Positions 36,082-54,182 of a stretch of DNA of 64,000 nucleotides are shown here, piece after piece. A program made the translations under genes and the position numbers. The first letter of the stretch is position 1. Each line of letters begins with the position of its first letter. The DNA is taken from assembly GCF_009914755.1 (NCBI RefSeq), contig NC_060927.1; one strand, written 5' to 3'. The stretch is from the human T2T-CHM13v2.0 reference genome, Homo sapiens. The notes under the pieces are model-generated. The model had not been told where the DNA came from. It saw only the letters and a program-made list of their open reading frames with translations, and made no database searches.

Positions 36082-36377
36082 TTTTTTTTTTTTTTTTGAG
36101 ACAGTCTCACCCTGTTGCCCAGGCTGCTGTGCAGTGTTACAACCTTGGGTCACTGCAACCTCTGCCTCTTGAATTTGAGTGATTCTCATGCCTCAGTCTC
36201 CCAAGTAGCTGGGGTTACAGGCCCATGCCACCATGCCCAGTTAGTTTTTGTAGTTTTAGGAGAGAAGGGGTTTCAACATGTTGGCCAGGCTGGTCTCAAA
36301 CTCCCAGCCTCAAGTGATCCGCCCGCCTCAGCCTCCCAAAGTGCTGGGATTACAGGCGTGAGCCACCACGCCCAGCC
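36082..36377 (-). mobile_element. Alu (J/S)
   Basis: Full Alu; degenerate TSD tatgatgaata / tatgaagaata. Confidence 0.92.
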
Positions 36378-39300
36378 TATGAAGAATATTTTAAATGTGT
36401 TGTTGAATTTGGTTTACAAGTATTTTGTTGAGAATTTTTGCATCAATATCCATCAGAAATAGTGACTTGTAGTTTTCTTTTTTGATGTGTCTTTGTCTGG
36501 TTTTGGTATCAGAATAATACTGGCCTCATAGAATGAGTTTGGAAGTATTCCTTCCTCCTCTGTTTTTCTGAATAGTTTGAGTAGAAATGGTGTTAGTAGT
36601 CTTCTTTAAATGCTTGGTAGAATTCATCAATGAAGCCATCAGGTCCTGAGCTTCTCATTGCTGGGAGACTTTTTATTATAGCTTTGGTCTTTTTACTTGT
36701 TACTGATGTGTTCAGGTTTTGGATTTCCTTATAGTTGAATCTTGGTAGATTATATGTGTCTAGGAATTTGTCCATTTCTTCTAAATTTTCCAGTTTATTG
36801 GCATATAGTTGCTCGTGGTGGCCACTAATGATTCTTTGACTTTCTGCAGTATTGGTTGTCATGTCTCCTTTTTCATCTCTGATTTCTGATTTTATTTATC
36901 TGGGTCGTCTTTTTTTTTCTTAGTCTAACTAAAGGTTTTTCAATTTTGTTTAACTTTAAAAAAACAACGTTTTGTTTCATTGATCTTTTGTATTTTCTTC
37001 ATTTCAAAACCATTTATTTCTGCTCTGATCTTTATTTGTTTTATTCTACTAATTTTGGGTTTATTTTGCTCTTGCCTTTCTAGTTCTTTTCTTTATTTAT
37101 ATACTTTAAGTTCTTGGGTACATGTGCAGAACGTGCAGGTTTATCACATAGGTATACACATGCCATGGTGGTTTACTGCACCCATAAACCTGTCATCTAC
37201 ATTAGATATTAATCCTAATGCTATCCCTTCCCCTGCCCCCCACCCCACCAACATGCCCTGGTGTGTGATGTTCCCCTCCCTGTGTCCATGTGTTCTCATT
37301 GTTCAACTCCCACTTATGAGTGAAAACGTGCAGTGTTTGGTTTTCTGTTCTTCTGTTAGTTTGCTGGGAATGATGGTTTCCAGCTTCATCCATGTCCCCA
37401 CAAAGGACATGAACTCATCCTTTTTTATGGCTGCATAGTATTCCATGGTGTATATGTGCCACATTTCTTTATCCAGTCTATCTTTGAGGGCATTTGGGTT
37501 GGTTCCAAGTCTTTGCTATTGTAAACAGTGCTGCAATAAACATACGTGTGCATGTGTCTTTATAGTAGAAGGATTTAAAATCCTTTGGGTATACACTCAG
37601 TAATGGAATTGCTGGGTCAAATGGTATTTCTGGTTCTAGATCCTTGAGGAATCGCCACACTGTCTTCCACAATGGTTGAACTAATTTACACTTCCACCAA
37701 CAGTGTAAAAACGTGCCTATTTCTCCACATCCTCTCCAGCATCTGTTGTTTCCTGACTTTTTAATGATTGCCATTCTAACTGGCATGAGATGGTATCTCA
37801 TTGTGGTTTTGATTTGCATTTCTCTAATGACCAGTGATGATGGGCTTTTTTTCATATGTTTGCTGGCTGTATAAATGTCATCTTTTGCGAAGTGTCTGTT
37901 CATATCCATCACCCACTTTTTGATGGGGTTGCTTGTTTTTTTCCTTGTAAATTGGTTTAAGTTTTTTGTAGATTCTGGATATTAGCCCTTTGTCAGATAG
38001 ATAGATTGCAAAAATTTTCTTCCATTCTGTAGGTTTCCCGTTCACTCTGATGATAATTTCTTTTGCTGTGCAGAAGCTCTTTAGTTTAATTAGATCCTAT
38101 TTGTCAATTTTGGCTTTTGTTGCCAGTGCCTTTGGTGTTTTAGTCATGAAGTCTTTGCCCATGCCTGTGTCCTGAATGGTACTGCCTAGGGTTTCTTCTA
38201 GAATTTTTATGGTTTTAGGTCTTATGTTTAAGTCTTTAATCCATCTTGAGTTAATTTTTATGTAAGATGTAAGGAAGGGGTCCAGTTTGTTTTCTACTTA
38301 TGCCTAGCCAGTTTTTCCAACACCATTCATTAAATAGGGAATCCTTCCCCAGTTGCTTGTTTTTGTCAGGTTTGTCAAAGATCAGATGGTTGTAGATGTG
38401 TGGTGTTATTTCTGAGGCCTCTGTTCTGCTCCATTGATCTATATTTCTATTTTGGTACCAGTACCATTGCTGTTTTGGTTACTGTAGCCTTGTAATATAC
38501 TTTGAAGTCAGGTAGTGTGATGCCTCCAGCTTTGTTCTTTTTGCTTAGGATTGTCTTTGCTGTGGGGGCTCTTTTTTTGGTTCTGTATGAAATTTAAAGT
38601 GATTTTTTTCTAATTCTGTGAAGAAAGTCAGTCGAAGCTTGATGGGGATAGCAATGTATCTATAAATTACTTTGGGAAGTATGGCCATTTTCACAATATT
38701 CTTTCTATCCATGTGCATGGAATGTTTTTCCATTTGTTTGTGTCCTGTCTGATTTCCTTGAGCAGTGGTTTGTAGTTCTCCTTGAAGAAGTCCTTCACAT
38801 CCCTTGTAAGTTATATTCCTAGGTATTTAATTCTCTTTTTAGCAATTGTGAATGGGAGTTCACTCATGATTTGGCTCTCTGTTGGTGTGTTATTGGTGTA
38901 TAGGAATGCTTATGATTTTTACACATAGATTTTGTATCCTGAGACTTTGCTGAAGTTGCTTATCAGCTTAAGGAGATTTGGGGCTGAGACATGGGGTTTT
39001 CTAAACATACAATGAGGTCATCTGCAAACAGACAATTTAACTTCCTCTCTTCCTATTTGAATACCCTTTATTTCCTTCTCTTGGCTGATTGCCCTGGCCA
39101 AAACTTCCAATACTATGTTGAGTAGGAGTGGTGAGATAGGGCATCCCTGTCTTGTGCCAGTTTTCAAAGGGAATGTTTTCAGTTTTTGCCCATTCAGTAT
39201 GATATTGGCTGTGAGTTTGTCATAAATAGCTCTTATTATTTTGAGATACATGCCATCAATATCTAGTTTATTGAGAGTTTTTAGCATGAAGGGATGTATA

Positions 39301-41969
39301 ATTTTATTGAAGGCCTTTCTGCATCTATTGAGATAATCATGTGGTTTTTGTCATTAGTTCTGTTTATGTGATGGATTACGTTTATTGATTTGCATATGTT
39401 GAACCAGCCTTGCATCCCAGGGATGAAGCCAATTTGATCATGGTGGATAAGCTTTTTGATATGCTGCTGGATTCGGTTTGCCAGTATTTTATTGAGAATT
39501 TTTTCATCGATGTTCATCAGGGATATTGGCCTGAAATTTTCTTTTTTTGTTGTGTCTCTGCCAGGTTTTGGTATCAGGATGATGCTGGCCTCATAAAATG
39601 AGTTAGGGAGGATTCCCTCTTTTTCTATTGCTTGGAATAGTTTCAGAAGGAATGGTACTAGCTCCTCTTTGTACCTCTGGTAGAATTCGTCTGTGAATCT
39701 GTCTGGTCCTGGACTTTTTTTGGTTGGTAGGCTATTAATTACTGCCTCAATTTCAGAACTTGTTATTGGTCTATTCAGGGATTTGGCTTCTTCCTGGTTT
39801 AGACTTGGTAGGTATGTGTCCAGGAATTTATCCATTTCTTCTACACTTTCTAGTTTATTTGTGTAGAGGTGTTTATAGTATTCTCTGACAGTAGTTTGTA
39901 TTTCTGTGGGATCAGTGGTGATACCCCTTTATCATTTTTTATTGCGTCTATTTGATTCTTCTGTCTTCTTTATTCATCTGGCTAGCAGTCTATTTTGTTG
40001 ATCTTTTCAAAAAACCAGCTCCTGGATTCATTGATTTTTTTTAAGGGTTTTTTTTTGTGTCTCTATTTCCTTCAGTTCTGCTCTGATCTTAGTTATTTCA
40101 TGTCTTCTGCTAGCTTTTGATTTATTTGCTCTTGCTTCTCTAGTTCTTTTAATTGTGATGTTAGGGTGTCGATTTTAGATCTTTCCTGCTTTCTCTTGTG
40201 GGCATTTAGTGCTATGAATTTCCCTCTACACAGCTTTAGCTGTGTCCCAGAGATTCTGGTATGTTGTGTCTTTGTTCTCATTGGCTTCAAAGGACTTATT
40301 TATTTCTGCCTTAAATTTCGTTATTTACCCAGTAGTCATTCAGGAGCAGGTTGTTCAGTTTCCATGTAGTTGTGCAGTTTTGAGTGAGTTTCTTAATCCT
40401 GAGTTCTAATTTGATTGCACTGTGGTCTGAGAGACTGTTTGTTATGATTTCCATTCTTTTGCATTTGCTGGGGAGTGTTTTACTTCTAATTACATGGTCA
40501 ATTTTAGAATAAGTGCAATGTGGTGCTGAGAAGAATATATATTCTGTTGATTTGTAGGGGAGAATTCTGTAGCTGTCTATTAGGTCTGCTTGGTGCAGAG
40601 CTGAGTTCAAGTCCTGAATATCCTTGTTAATTTTCTGTCTCATTGATCTGTCTAATATTGACAGTGGGGTGTTAAAGTCTCCCACTATTATTGTGTGGGA
40701 ATCTAAGTTTCTTTGTAGATCTCTAAGAACTTTATAAATCTGGATGTTCCTGTATTGGGTGCATATATGTTTAAGATAGTTAGCTCTTCTTGTTGCATTG
40801 ATCACTTTACCATTATGTAATGCTGTTCCGTGTTTCTTTTGACCTTTGTTGGTTTAAAGTCTGTTTTATCAGAGACTAGGATTGCAACCCCTGCTTTTTT
40901 TTGCTTTCCATTTGCTTGGTAAATATTCTTCCATTCCTTTATTTTGAGCCTGTGTGTGTCTTTGCACGTGAGCTGGGTCTCCTGAATACAGCACACTGAT
41001 GGGGCTTGACTCTATCCAATTTGCCAGTCTGTGTCTTTTAATTGGGGCATTTAACCCATTTACATTTAAGGTTAATATTGTTTTGGGTGAATTTGATCCT
41101 GTCATTATGATGCTAACTGCTTATTTTGCTTGTTGCTTGATGCAATTTCTTCATAGTGTCAATGGTCTTTACAGTTTGTCATGTTTTTGCAGTGGCTGGT
41201 ATGGGTTTTTCCTTTCCATGTTTAGTGCTTCCTTTAGGAGCTCTTGTAAGGCAGGCCTGGTAGTGACAAAATCTCCTAGCATTTGGTTGTCTGTAATGGA
41301 TTTTATTTCTCCTTCGCTTATGAAGCTTAGTTTGGCTGGATATGAAATTCCGGGTTGAAAATTCTTTAAGAATATTGAATATAGGCCCTCACTCTCTTCT
41401 GACTTGTAGAGTTTCTGCAAGAGATCCACTGTTAGTCTGATGGGATTCCCTTTATGGGTAACCCGACCCTTCTCTCTGGCTGCCCTTAAAAGTTTTTCCT
41501 TCATTTCAATCTTGGTGAATCTGACGATTATGTGTCTTGGGGTTGCTCTTCTGGAGGAGTATCTTTGTGGTGTTCTCTGTATTTACTGAATTTGAATGTT
41601 GACCTGTCTTGCTAGGTTGGGGAAGTTCTCCTGGATAATATCCTGAAGATCGTTTTCTTTTTTTTTTATATATATACTTTTAAGTTTTAGGGTACATGTG
41701 CACAACGTGCAGGTTTGTTACATATGTATACATGTGCCATGTTGGTGTGCTGCACCCATTAACTCGTCATTTATATTAGGTATATCTCTTAATGCTATCC
41801 TTCCCCGCTCCCCCCACCCCACAACAGACCCTGTTGTGTGATGTTCCCCTTCCTGTGTCCATGTGTTCTCATTGTTCAATTCCCACCTATGAGAACAGGC
41901 AGTGTTTGGTTTTTTGTCCTTGTGATAGTTTGCTGAGAATGATGGTTTCCAGCTTCATCCACATCCCTA

Positions 41970-42638
<669 letters not shown>

Positions 42639-42881
42639 TCAGAAGCTCCTTAGTTTAATTAGATCCCATTTGTCAATTTTGGCTTTTGTTGCCATTGCTT
42701 TTGGTGTTTTAGACATGAAGTCCTTGCCCAAGCCTATGTCCTGAATGGTATTGCCTAGGTTTTCTTCTAGGGTTTTTATGGTATTAGGTCTAACATGTAA
42801 GTCTTTAATCCACCTTGAATTAATGTTTCTATAAGGTGTAAGGAAGGGATCCAGTTTCAGCTTTCTACATATGGCTAGTCA

Positions 42882-44664
<1,783 letters not shown>

Positions 44665-44728
44665 TTAGTTATTTCTTGCCATCTGCTAGCTTTTGAATGT
44701 GTTTGCTCTTGCTTCTCTAGTTCTTTTA

Positions 44729-44863
<135 letters not shown>

Positions 44864-46779
44864 TTAAAGGAACATCTTTATTTCTACCTTCATTTCCTTA
44901 TGTACCCAGTAGTCATTCATGAGCAGGTTGTTCAGTTTCCATGTAGTTGAGCGGTTTTGAGTGAGTTTCTTAATCCTGAATTCTAGTTTGATTGCACTGT
45001 GGTCTGAGAGACAGTTTGTTATAATTTCTCTTCTTTTACATTTGCTGAGGAGTGCTTTACTTCCAACTATGTGGTCAATTTTGGAATAGGTGTGGTGTGG
45101 TGCTGAAAAGAATGTATATTCTGTTGATTTGGGGTGGAGAATTCTGTAGATTTCTATTAGGTCCGCTTGGTGCAGAGCTGAGTTCAATTCCTGGATATCC
45201 TTGTTAACTTTCAGTCTGTTTGATCTGTCTAATGTTGACAGTGGGGTGTTAAAGTCTCCCATTATTATTGTGTGGGAGTCTAAGTGTCTTTGTAGGTCTC
45301 TAAGGACTTGCTTTATGAATCTGGGTGCTCCTGTATTGGGTGCATATATATTTAGGATAGTTAGCTCTTCTTGTTGAATTGATCCCTTTACCATTATGTA
45401 ATGGCCTTTTTTGTCTCTTTTGATCTTTGCTGGTTTAAAGTCTGTTTTATCAGAGACTAGGATTGCAACCCCTGCTTTTTTTTGTTTTCCATTTGCTTGG
45501 TAGATCTTCCTCCATCCCTTTATTTTGAGCCTATGTGTGTCTCTGCACGTGAGATGGGTTTCCTGAATACAGCAAACAGATGGGTCTTGAGTCTTTATCC
45601 AATTTGCCAGTCTGTGTCTTTTAATTGGAGCATTTAGCCCATTTACATTTAAGGTTAATATTGTTATGTGTGAATTTGATCCTGTCATTATGATGTTAGC
45701 TGGTTATTTTGCTTGTTAGTTGATGCAGTTTCTTCCTAGCCTCGATGGTCTTTACACTTTGGCATGTTTTTGCAGTGGCTGGTACCGGTTGTTCCTTTCC
45801 ATGTTTAGTGCTTCCTTCAGGAGCTCTTCTAGGGCAGGCCTGGTGGTGACAAAATCTCTCAGCATTTGCTTGTCTGTAAAGGATTTTATTTCTCCTTCAC
45901 TTATGAAGCTTAGTTTGGCTGGATATGAAATTCTGGGTTGAAAATTATTTTCTTTAAGAATGTTGAATATTGGCCCCCACTCTCTTCTGGCTTGTAGAGT
46001 TTCTGCCGAGAGATCAGCTGTTAGTCTGATGGGCTTCTCTTTGTGGGTAACCTGACCTTTCTCTCTGGCTACCCTTAACATTTTTTCCTTCATTTCAACT
46101 TTGGTGAATCTGACAATTATGTGTCTTGGAGTTGCTCTTCTCGAGGAGTATCTTTGTGGCGTTCTCTGTATTTCCTGAATTTGAATGTTGGCTTGCCTTG
46201 CTAGATTGGGGAAGTTCTGGATAATATCCTGCAGAGTGTTTTCCAACTTGGTTCCTTTCTCCCTGTCACTTTCAGGTACACCAATCAGATGTAGGTTTGG
46301 TCTTTTCACATAGTCCCATATTTCTCGGAGGCTTTGTTCATTTCTTTTTATTCTTTTTTCTCGAAACTTCTCTTCTCACTTCATTTCATTCATTTCATCT
46401 TCCATCACTGATACCCTTTCTTCCAGTTGATCGAATCAGCTACTGAGGCTTGTGCATTCGTCACATAGTTCTCATGCCGTGGTTTTCAGCTCCATCAGGT
46501 CCTTTAAGGACTTCTCTGCATTGGTTATTCTAGTTAGCCATTTGTCTCATTTTTTTTCAAGGTTTTTAACTTCTTTGCCATGGGTTCGAACTTCCTCCTT
46601 TAGCTCAGAGTAGTTTGATCGTCTGAAGCCTTCTTCTCTCAACCCGTCAAAGTCATTCTCCATCCAGCTTTGTTCCGTTGCTGGTGAGGAGCTGCATTCC
46701 TTTGGAGGAGGAGAGGCGCTCTGATTTTTAGAGTTTCCAGTCTTTCTGCTCCGTTTTTTCCCCTCCATTTTTTCCCCAT

Positions 46780-47802
46780 CCTTGTGGTTTTATCTACCTT
46801 TGGTCTTTGATGATGGTGATGTACAGATGGGGGTTTGGTGTGGATGTCCTTTCTGTTTGTTAGTTTTCCTTCTAACAGTCAAGGCCCTCAGCTGCAGGTC
46901 TGTTGGAGTTTGCTGGAGGTCCACTCCAGACCCTGTTTGCCTGGGTATCAGCAGCAGAGGCTGCAGAACAGCAGATATTGGTGAACAGCAAATGTTGCTG
47001 CCTGATCATTCCCCTGGAAGTTTTGTCTCAGAGGAGTACCCGGCCATGTGAGGTGTCAGTCTGCCCTTACTGGGGGGTGCCTCCCAGTTAGGCTACTCGG
47101 GGGTCAGAGGCCCACTTGAGGAGGCAGTCTGTCCATTCTCAGATCTGCAGCTGTATGCTGGGAGAACCACTACTCTCTTCAAAGCTGTCAGGGACATTTA
47201 AGTCTGCAGAGGTTTCTGCTGCCTTTTGTTTGGCTATGCCCTGCCCCCAGAGGTGGAGTCTACAGAGGCAGGCAGGCCTCCTTGAGCTGCGGTGGGCTCC
47301 ACACAGTTCGAGCATCCCGGCTGCTTTGTTTACCTACTCAAGCCTCGGCAATGGCAGGCGCCCCTCCCCCAGCCTCGCTGCTGCCTTGCAGTTTGATCTC
47401 AGACTGCTGTGCTAGCAATGAATGAGGCTCCGTGGGCGTAGGACCCTCCGAGCCAGGCGCGGCATATAATCTCCTGGTGTGCCGTTTGCTAAGACTGTTG
47501 GAAAAGCACAGTATTAGGGTGGGAGTGACCTGATTTTCCAGATGCCATCTGTCACCCCTTTCTTTGACTAGGAAAGGGAATTCCCTGACCCCTTGTGCTT
47601 CCTGGGTGAGGCTATGCCTCACCCTGCTTCGGCTAATGCTCGGTGTGCTGCACCCACTGTCCTGCACCCACTGTCCGACAGTCCCCAGTGAGATGAACCT
47701 GGTACCTCAGTTGGAAATGCAGAAATCACCCATATTCTGTGTTGCTCATGCTGGGAGCTGTAGACTGGACCTGTTCCTATTCGGCCATCTTGGCTCCTCC
47801 CC
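46780..47802 (-). promoter_or_regulatory. L1 5' UTR internal promoter with YY1 site; retains the about 129-bp ZNF93-target segment (about 46908-47036)
   Basis: AAGATGGCC near the 5' end; segment between gtctgttggag and tacccggcc is present here and known to be deleted in younger L1s. Confidence 0.75.
47351..47425 (+). pseudogene. L1 antisense ORF0 truncated by a stop at codon 25
   Basis: MAGAPPPASLLPCSLISDCCASNE* matches the ORF0 N-terminus. Confidence 0.75.
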
Positions 47803-49593
47803 TCCTGAAGATTGTTTTCTAACTTGGTTCCATTCTCCTCATCACTTTCAGGTACAGCAATCAAATGTAGATTTGGTCTTTTCACATAGTCCCATATTTC
47901 TTGGAGGGTTTGTTCATTCATTTTCATTCTTTTTTCTTTAATCTTGTCTTCTCACTTTCTTTCATTAAGTTGATCTTCAGTCTCTGATATCCTTTCTTCT
48001 GCTTGATCGATTCAGCTATTGATACTTGTGTATGCTTCACGAAGTTCTCGTGCTGTGTTTTTCAGCTCCATCAGGTCACTTATGTTCTTCTCTAAACTGA
48101 TTATTCTAGTTAGCAATTTGACTAACCTTTTTTCAAGGTTCTTATCTTCCTTGCATTGGGTTAGAACATGCTCCTTTAGCTTGGAGGAGTTTGTCACTGC
48201 CCACCTTTTGAAGCCTAGTTTTGTCAGTTAGTCAAACTCATTCTCCACCCAGTTTTGTTCCCTTGCTGGTGAGGAGTTGTGATTCTTTGGATGAGAAGAG
48301 GCATTCTGGTTTTTGGAATTTTCAGCCTTTTTCACTGGTTTCTCCCCATTTTCGTGTATTTATCTACCTTTGGTTTTTGATGTTGGTGGCCTTTGGATGG
48401 GTTTTCTGTGTCTGGACGTCCTTTTTGTTGATGTTGACGCTATTTCTTTCTGTTTGTTAGTTTTCCTTCTAACAATCAGGCCCCTCTGCTCCAGGTCTGG
48501 TGGAGTTTTCTGGAGGTCCACTGCAGACCCTGTTTGCCTGGGTATCACCAGCGGAGGCTGCAGAACGGGAAAGATTGCTGCCTGTTCCTTCCTCTGGAAG
48601 CTTCATCCCAGAGAAGCACCTGCCAGATGCCAGCTGGAGCTTTCTTTTATGAGGTGTCTGTCAGCCCCTGTTGGGAGGTGTCTCCCATTCAGGTGACACG
48701 GGGGTCAGGGAGCCACTTGAGGAGGCAGTCTGACCCTTAGCAGAGCTCCAACACTGTGCTGGGAGAGCTGCCACTCTTCAGAGCCATCAGGCAGAGATGT
48801 TTAAGTCTGCTGAAGCTGCACCCACAGCCACCCCTTCCCCCAGGTGCTCTGTCCCAGGGAGATGGGCGTTTTATCTATAAGCCCCTGACTGGGGCTACTG
48901 CCTTTCTTTCAGTGATGACCTGCCCAGAGAGGAGGAATCTAGAGAGGCAGTGTGGCTACAGCGGCATTGCTGACCTGCAATGGGCTCCACCCATTTCAAA
49001 CTTCCCAGCGCTTTGTTTACACTGTGAGGGGAAAACCACCTACTCAAGTATCAGTAATGGTGGACGCCCCTCCCCCAACCAAGCTTGAGCATCCCAGGTC
49101 GACTTCAGACTGCTGTGCTGGCAGTGAGACTTTCAAGCCAGTGGATCTTAGCTTGCTGGGCTCCCTGGGGGTGGGATCCGCTGAGCTAGACCACTTGGCT
49201 CCCTGGCTTCAGCCCCCTTTCCAGGGGGGTGAATGGTTCTGTCTTGCTGGCATTCCAGGTGCCACTGGGGTATGAAAAAAAACAAAACAAAACTCCTGCA
49301 CCTAGCTCAGTGTCTACCCAAAGTGCCACCCAGTTTTGTGCTTGAAACCCAGGGCCCTGGTGGCATAGGCAGTGGAGGGAATCTCCTGGTGTGTGGGTTG
49401 CGAAGACCATGGGAAAAGCATAGTATCTGGGCTGGAGTGCACCGTTCCTCACGGCACAGTCCCTCCCAGCTTCCCTTGGGTAGGGGGAGGGGTTCCCCAA
49501 CCCCTTGTGCTTCCCGATGCGGCAACGCCCCACCCTGCTTCAGCTCGCCCTTCATGGGCTGCACCTACTGTCTAACCAGTCCCAATTGGATGA

Positions 49594-50006
<413 letters not shown>

Positions 50007-50007
50007 T

Positions 50008-50054
50008 AATTCTTTAAGATGCATTCTTTAAGATGTAATTCTTTAAGATGCATT
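50008..50054. repeat. Short tandem triplication of attctttaagatg
   Basis: Three copies with 14-15 bp period. Confidence 0.85.
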
Positions 50055-51685
50055 TCATAAGGTGTTTCATTTGAACTTTTTCTTGTTTTTTGATGTAGGC
50101 ACTTATAGCTATAAACTTCCCTCTTAGTACTGCTTTTGCTATTTCCAGTAGGTTTTGGTATGTTTTGTTTCCATTATCATTTGTTTTAATTTTGCAATTT
50201 CCTTCTTAACTTCTTCATTGACCCACTGGTCATTCAGAAGGATATTGTTTAATTTCCATGTATTTGTATAGTTTCCAAAATTCCTCTTGTTAATGATTTT
50301 AAGTTTTATTCCATTGTGGTCAGAGAAGATGCTTGATATGATTTCAATTTTTTGGAATGTTTTAAGACTTGTTTGTGAGCTAACATATTGTCTGTCTCTC
50401 AGAATGATCCATGTACTGAGGAAAAGAAACTGTATTCTGTAGTCATTGGATGAAATGTTCTGTAAATATTGTCCATTTGGTCTATATGCAGATTAAGTCC
50501 AATGTTTCTTTATTGATTTTCTGTCTAGATGATCTGTCCAATACTGAAAGTGTGGTGTTAATGTCTTCAACTGCTATCATATTGGGGTTTGTCTGTTTCT
50601 TTAGCTGCGATAATATTTGCTTTTATATCTGGGTACTTCGTGGTATTCTCCAATTCTGATACAATGTTTCTTATCTTTAGCATTTCCTTCTTAGAATTTC
50701 CATTTATCTTCTTATATTACCCATATATTCTTGCATGTTGTCTGCTTTTTCTATTAGAGCCCTTAGAATATTATAATGATTTTAAATTAACTGTCTGGTA
50801 ATTCCACTATTCCTACTGTATCTGAGCCTGATTCTTGCTTGCTCTGTCCCTTCAAACTGTGTTTTATGCCCTGTGTTGTTGTTGTGTTTTGTTTTTGAAA
50901 GCAAGGCATGATGCATATAACAAGCTTCAGTGAATAGGCCTTTGATAACATGGTGGTAAGCCTGAGCCCATGGGCTGTGACCTTCACATGTGCTTCTGAG
51001 TCCGCCCCCGCCCCCCACTTTAGATGGGACAGAAAGGCTACAAGGGACTGGAGTTGAGTATTTCCCTTCCCGAGGTTGGTTATGCTCTCACAACTCGGTA
51101 TGTTAAAATAGTTTCTCTGATAAAATAGTTACTCTGATAAAATAGTTTCTCTTGAGGGCAGCCTTTGTTAAGATAGTAAAATGTGCTAGTCATGTTTTAT
51201 AATGGCTGCTTTTTCCCTCCCCTGCCAGAATCACAATGGGATTTTTCTGTATATTCACCCTGAGAACCTGGTGAGCTCCTGGAGGTAAAAGTCTCAGAAT
51301 TGTAGGGGTCCCCCTGAGATTGAGCCCTGCTGGAATTTTTAGCTCTTGGACTTGTTTACACTGAGCTGGTAGCAATTTATCAATTATCATTTAGGTATTC
51401 CTACTCCAGTGCTGGTTCTCACATGTGTTTCTTCTCATGGGTTTTTGCACCCCTCAGTTGTGATTCTCTATATTCTCCTTTCTGTCTTTTCAGTTTTTGA
51501 GGCAGTGGTTTACCCTTTGACCACAGTTCTCTGATGGGTCTAAGAAGAGTTGTTTATTTTCAGTTCATTCACCTTTTTACTTGTGAGAACAGAGTGACAA
51601 CTTCCAAGTTCTTTACATGCCAGAAGTCAGAAGTCTTAAATTTAAATATCTCAAAGTATACTAAGAAAAAAAATACTTTAAATAA

Positions 51686-52111
<426 letters not shown>

Positions 52112-52131
52112 TAAAAGTTATCTGTTATTTC

Positions 52132-52421
<290 letters not shown>

Positions 52422-53489
52422 AAAAGATATTTGTTATTTCATATGATTTTCATTTGATTCACTAAATTTAGTGTAAATATTTTAGGAATATTGTCTTGTG
52501 TTAGAGACGTTTGTATGGTTACAGCTTGGATGGCTAATCTGGACCTACCAGCATAATTTCAAGAACACACACACTGTACCTCCTTTCATTGCCTGCCTGA
52601 GGGGCTCATTCATTCGCTGGTTCTAAATTGGCAAAATAATGAGCACTTACCCAAATGGACATGAGGGTGTGACTCACTGAACATAAGAAAAAGCTGCTGA
52701 GATGTAGTTTAAAGGAAAAGGTTTTATTAGCTTATCTCTCTTAGGGCTGTAATTTTATAGTGTCATCTATAGAAAGATGACAAGTTCAGGCTTGTAAGAT
52801 CAGAACTAGGAAGCTTAAAAACAAAAACAAAACTTTTTGTGTGTGTGTCTGAATTTTACTTTATTCTTCCCTGTAAAATAGTCTAGGAACTACATTCAAC
52901 ACTTTTTAATGTGCAATCCATATTTTTCTTTGATATATCTGCTTGAGGAGTTCAATGTGCTGTCATGATCATAGTAGAAAACACCATATTTTCTCACATG
53001 TCATAATGATACTGCAATCAAATTAACAAATACATTTCATATCAAACTTCCTAATATGTCTTCTCTTGGCATAAGGGGTCCCCAACTGCCTCACATATAT
53101 TCAAAAAATACCCCTAGGACAAATCTCAATTCCTAGTGCAGCTCCTGTGTTGTATTATATTTCATGAGTCATTGTCTCTGTTTCCTGTGTTAACTTTAGT
53201 AGCAAGACTCCTTCATTTGACTTACTAAGGATAATAGTCATGTCTCCCTAGCAACTTTTAAACATTTGAGATATAATTCACATTCCATAAGATTCACCCC
53301 TTAAAGTGTACATTTCAGTGGTATTTAGTATATTCACAAGGTTAACATCACTCACTATGTGTTTCTAGAACATTTCATCATCCCAAAAAGAAATCCTAAA
53401 GGAAAGCAATCACTCTGTTTGCTTTCTGCCCCCAGTGATTGGAACCAGTAACCCTCATTCTGCCTCTGAGGATTTGCCTATTTTGTACA

Positions 53490-53650
53490 CTTTATTATTA
53501 TATAAATGGCTTTATATATTATATACTGTATTATATATAGTATATACTATATATTTAGAATATTTATAATGTAATATATAACATCTATAATATATATGAG
53601 TATATATTTATAATGTAATATATAATATCTATAATATATATAAATATATG
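53490..53650. repeat. AT-rich low-complexity / (TA)n-derived tract
   Basis: TA-rich with a duplicated tatttataatgtaatatataa unit. Confidence 0.85.
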
Positions 53651-54182
53651 TGTCTGGTCCTTTCAGTCAACATAATGATTCCATTGTTCAAATACATTTT
53701 ATCATGTATTAGTATTTAATTTTTATTATATCTGCATTATATTCCGTTGTGTAGATATACCACATATTGTTGATCCATTCATCAGTTCATAGACATTTGG
53801 GCTTTTTCCACTTTTTAAACTGTTATATATAATGTTCTATGAACATTCAAACATAAGTTTTTTACACGGACATATGTTTCAGATTCTCTTGAGGGCAATT
53901 GCTGGTTTATAATATTACTCTATGATTATATTTTCAGGCTTTTATCCACAGTAACCAAAACACTTTTCTTTCCCAGCAGCAATGTATGAAAGTCTCAATC
54001 TCTCTCCATGTCTTTGTGGATTGTTATCTGTCTTTTATATTTCAGCCATACTAGTGGGCATGCAGTTTTTATTGCATTGTGCTTTTGATTTGCACTTTCA
54101 TAATGGCTAGTAGTGCAGAGCAACTATTTGTATGCTTCTTGGCCATTTGTCTTCATAGAAAAGTGTCTTTAAATGCTTGTAC

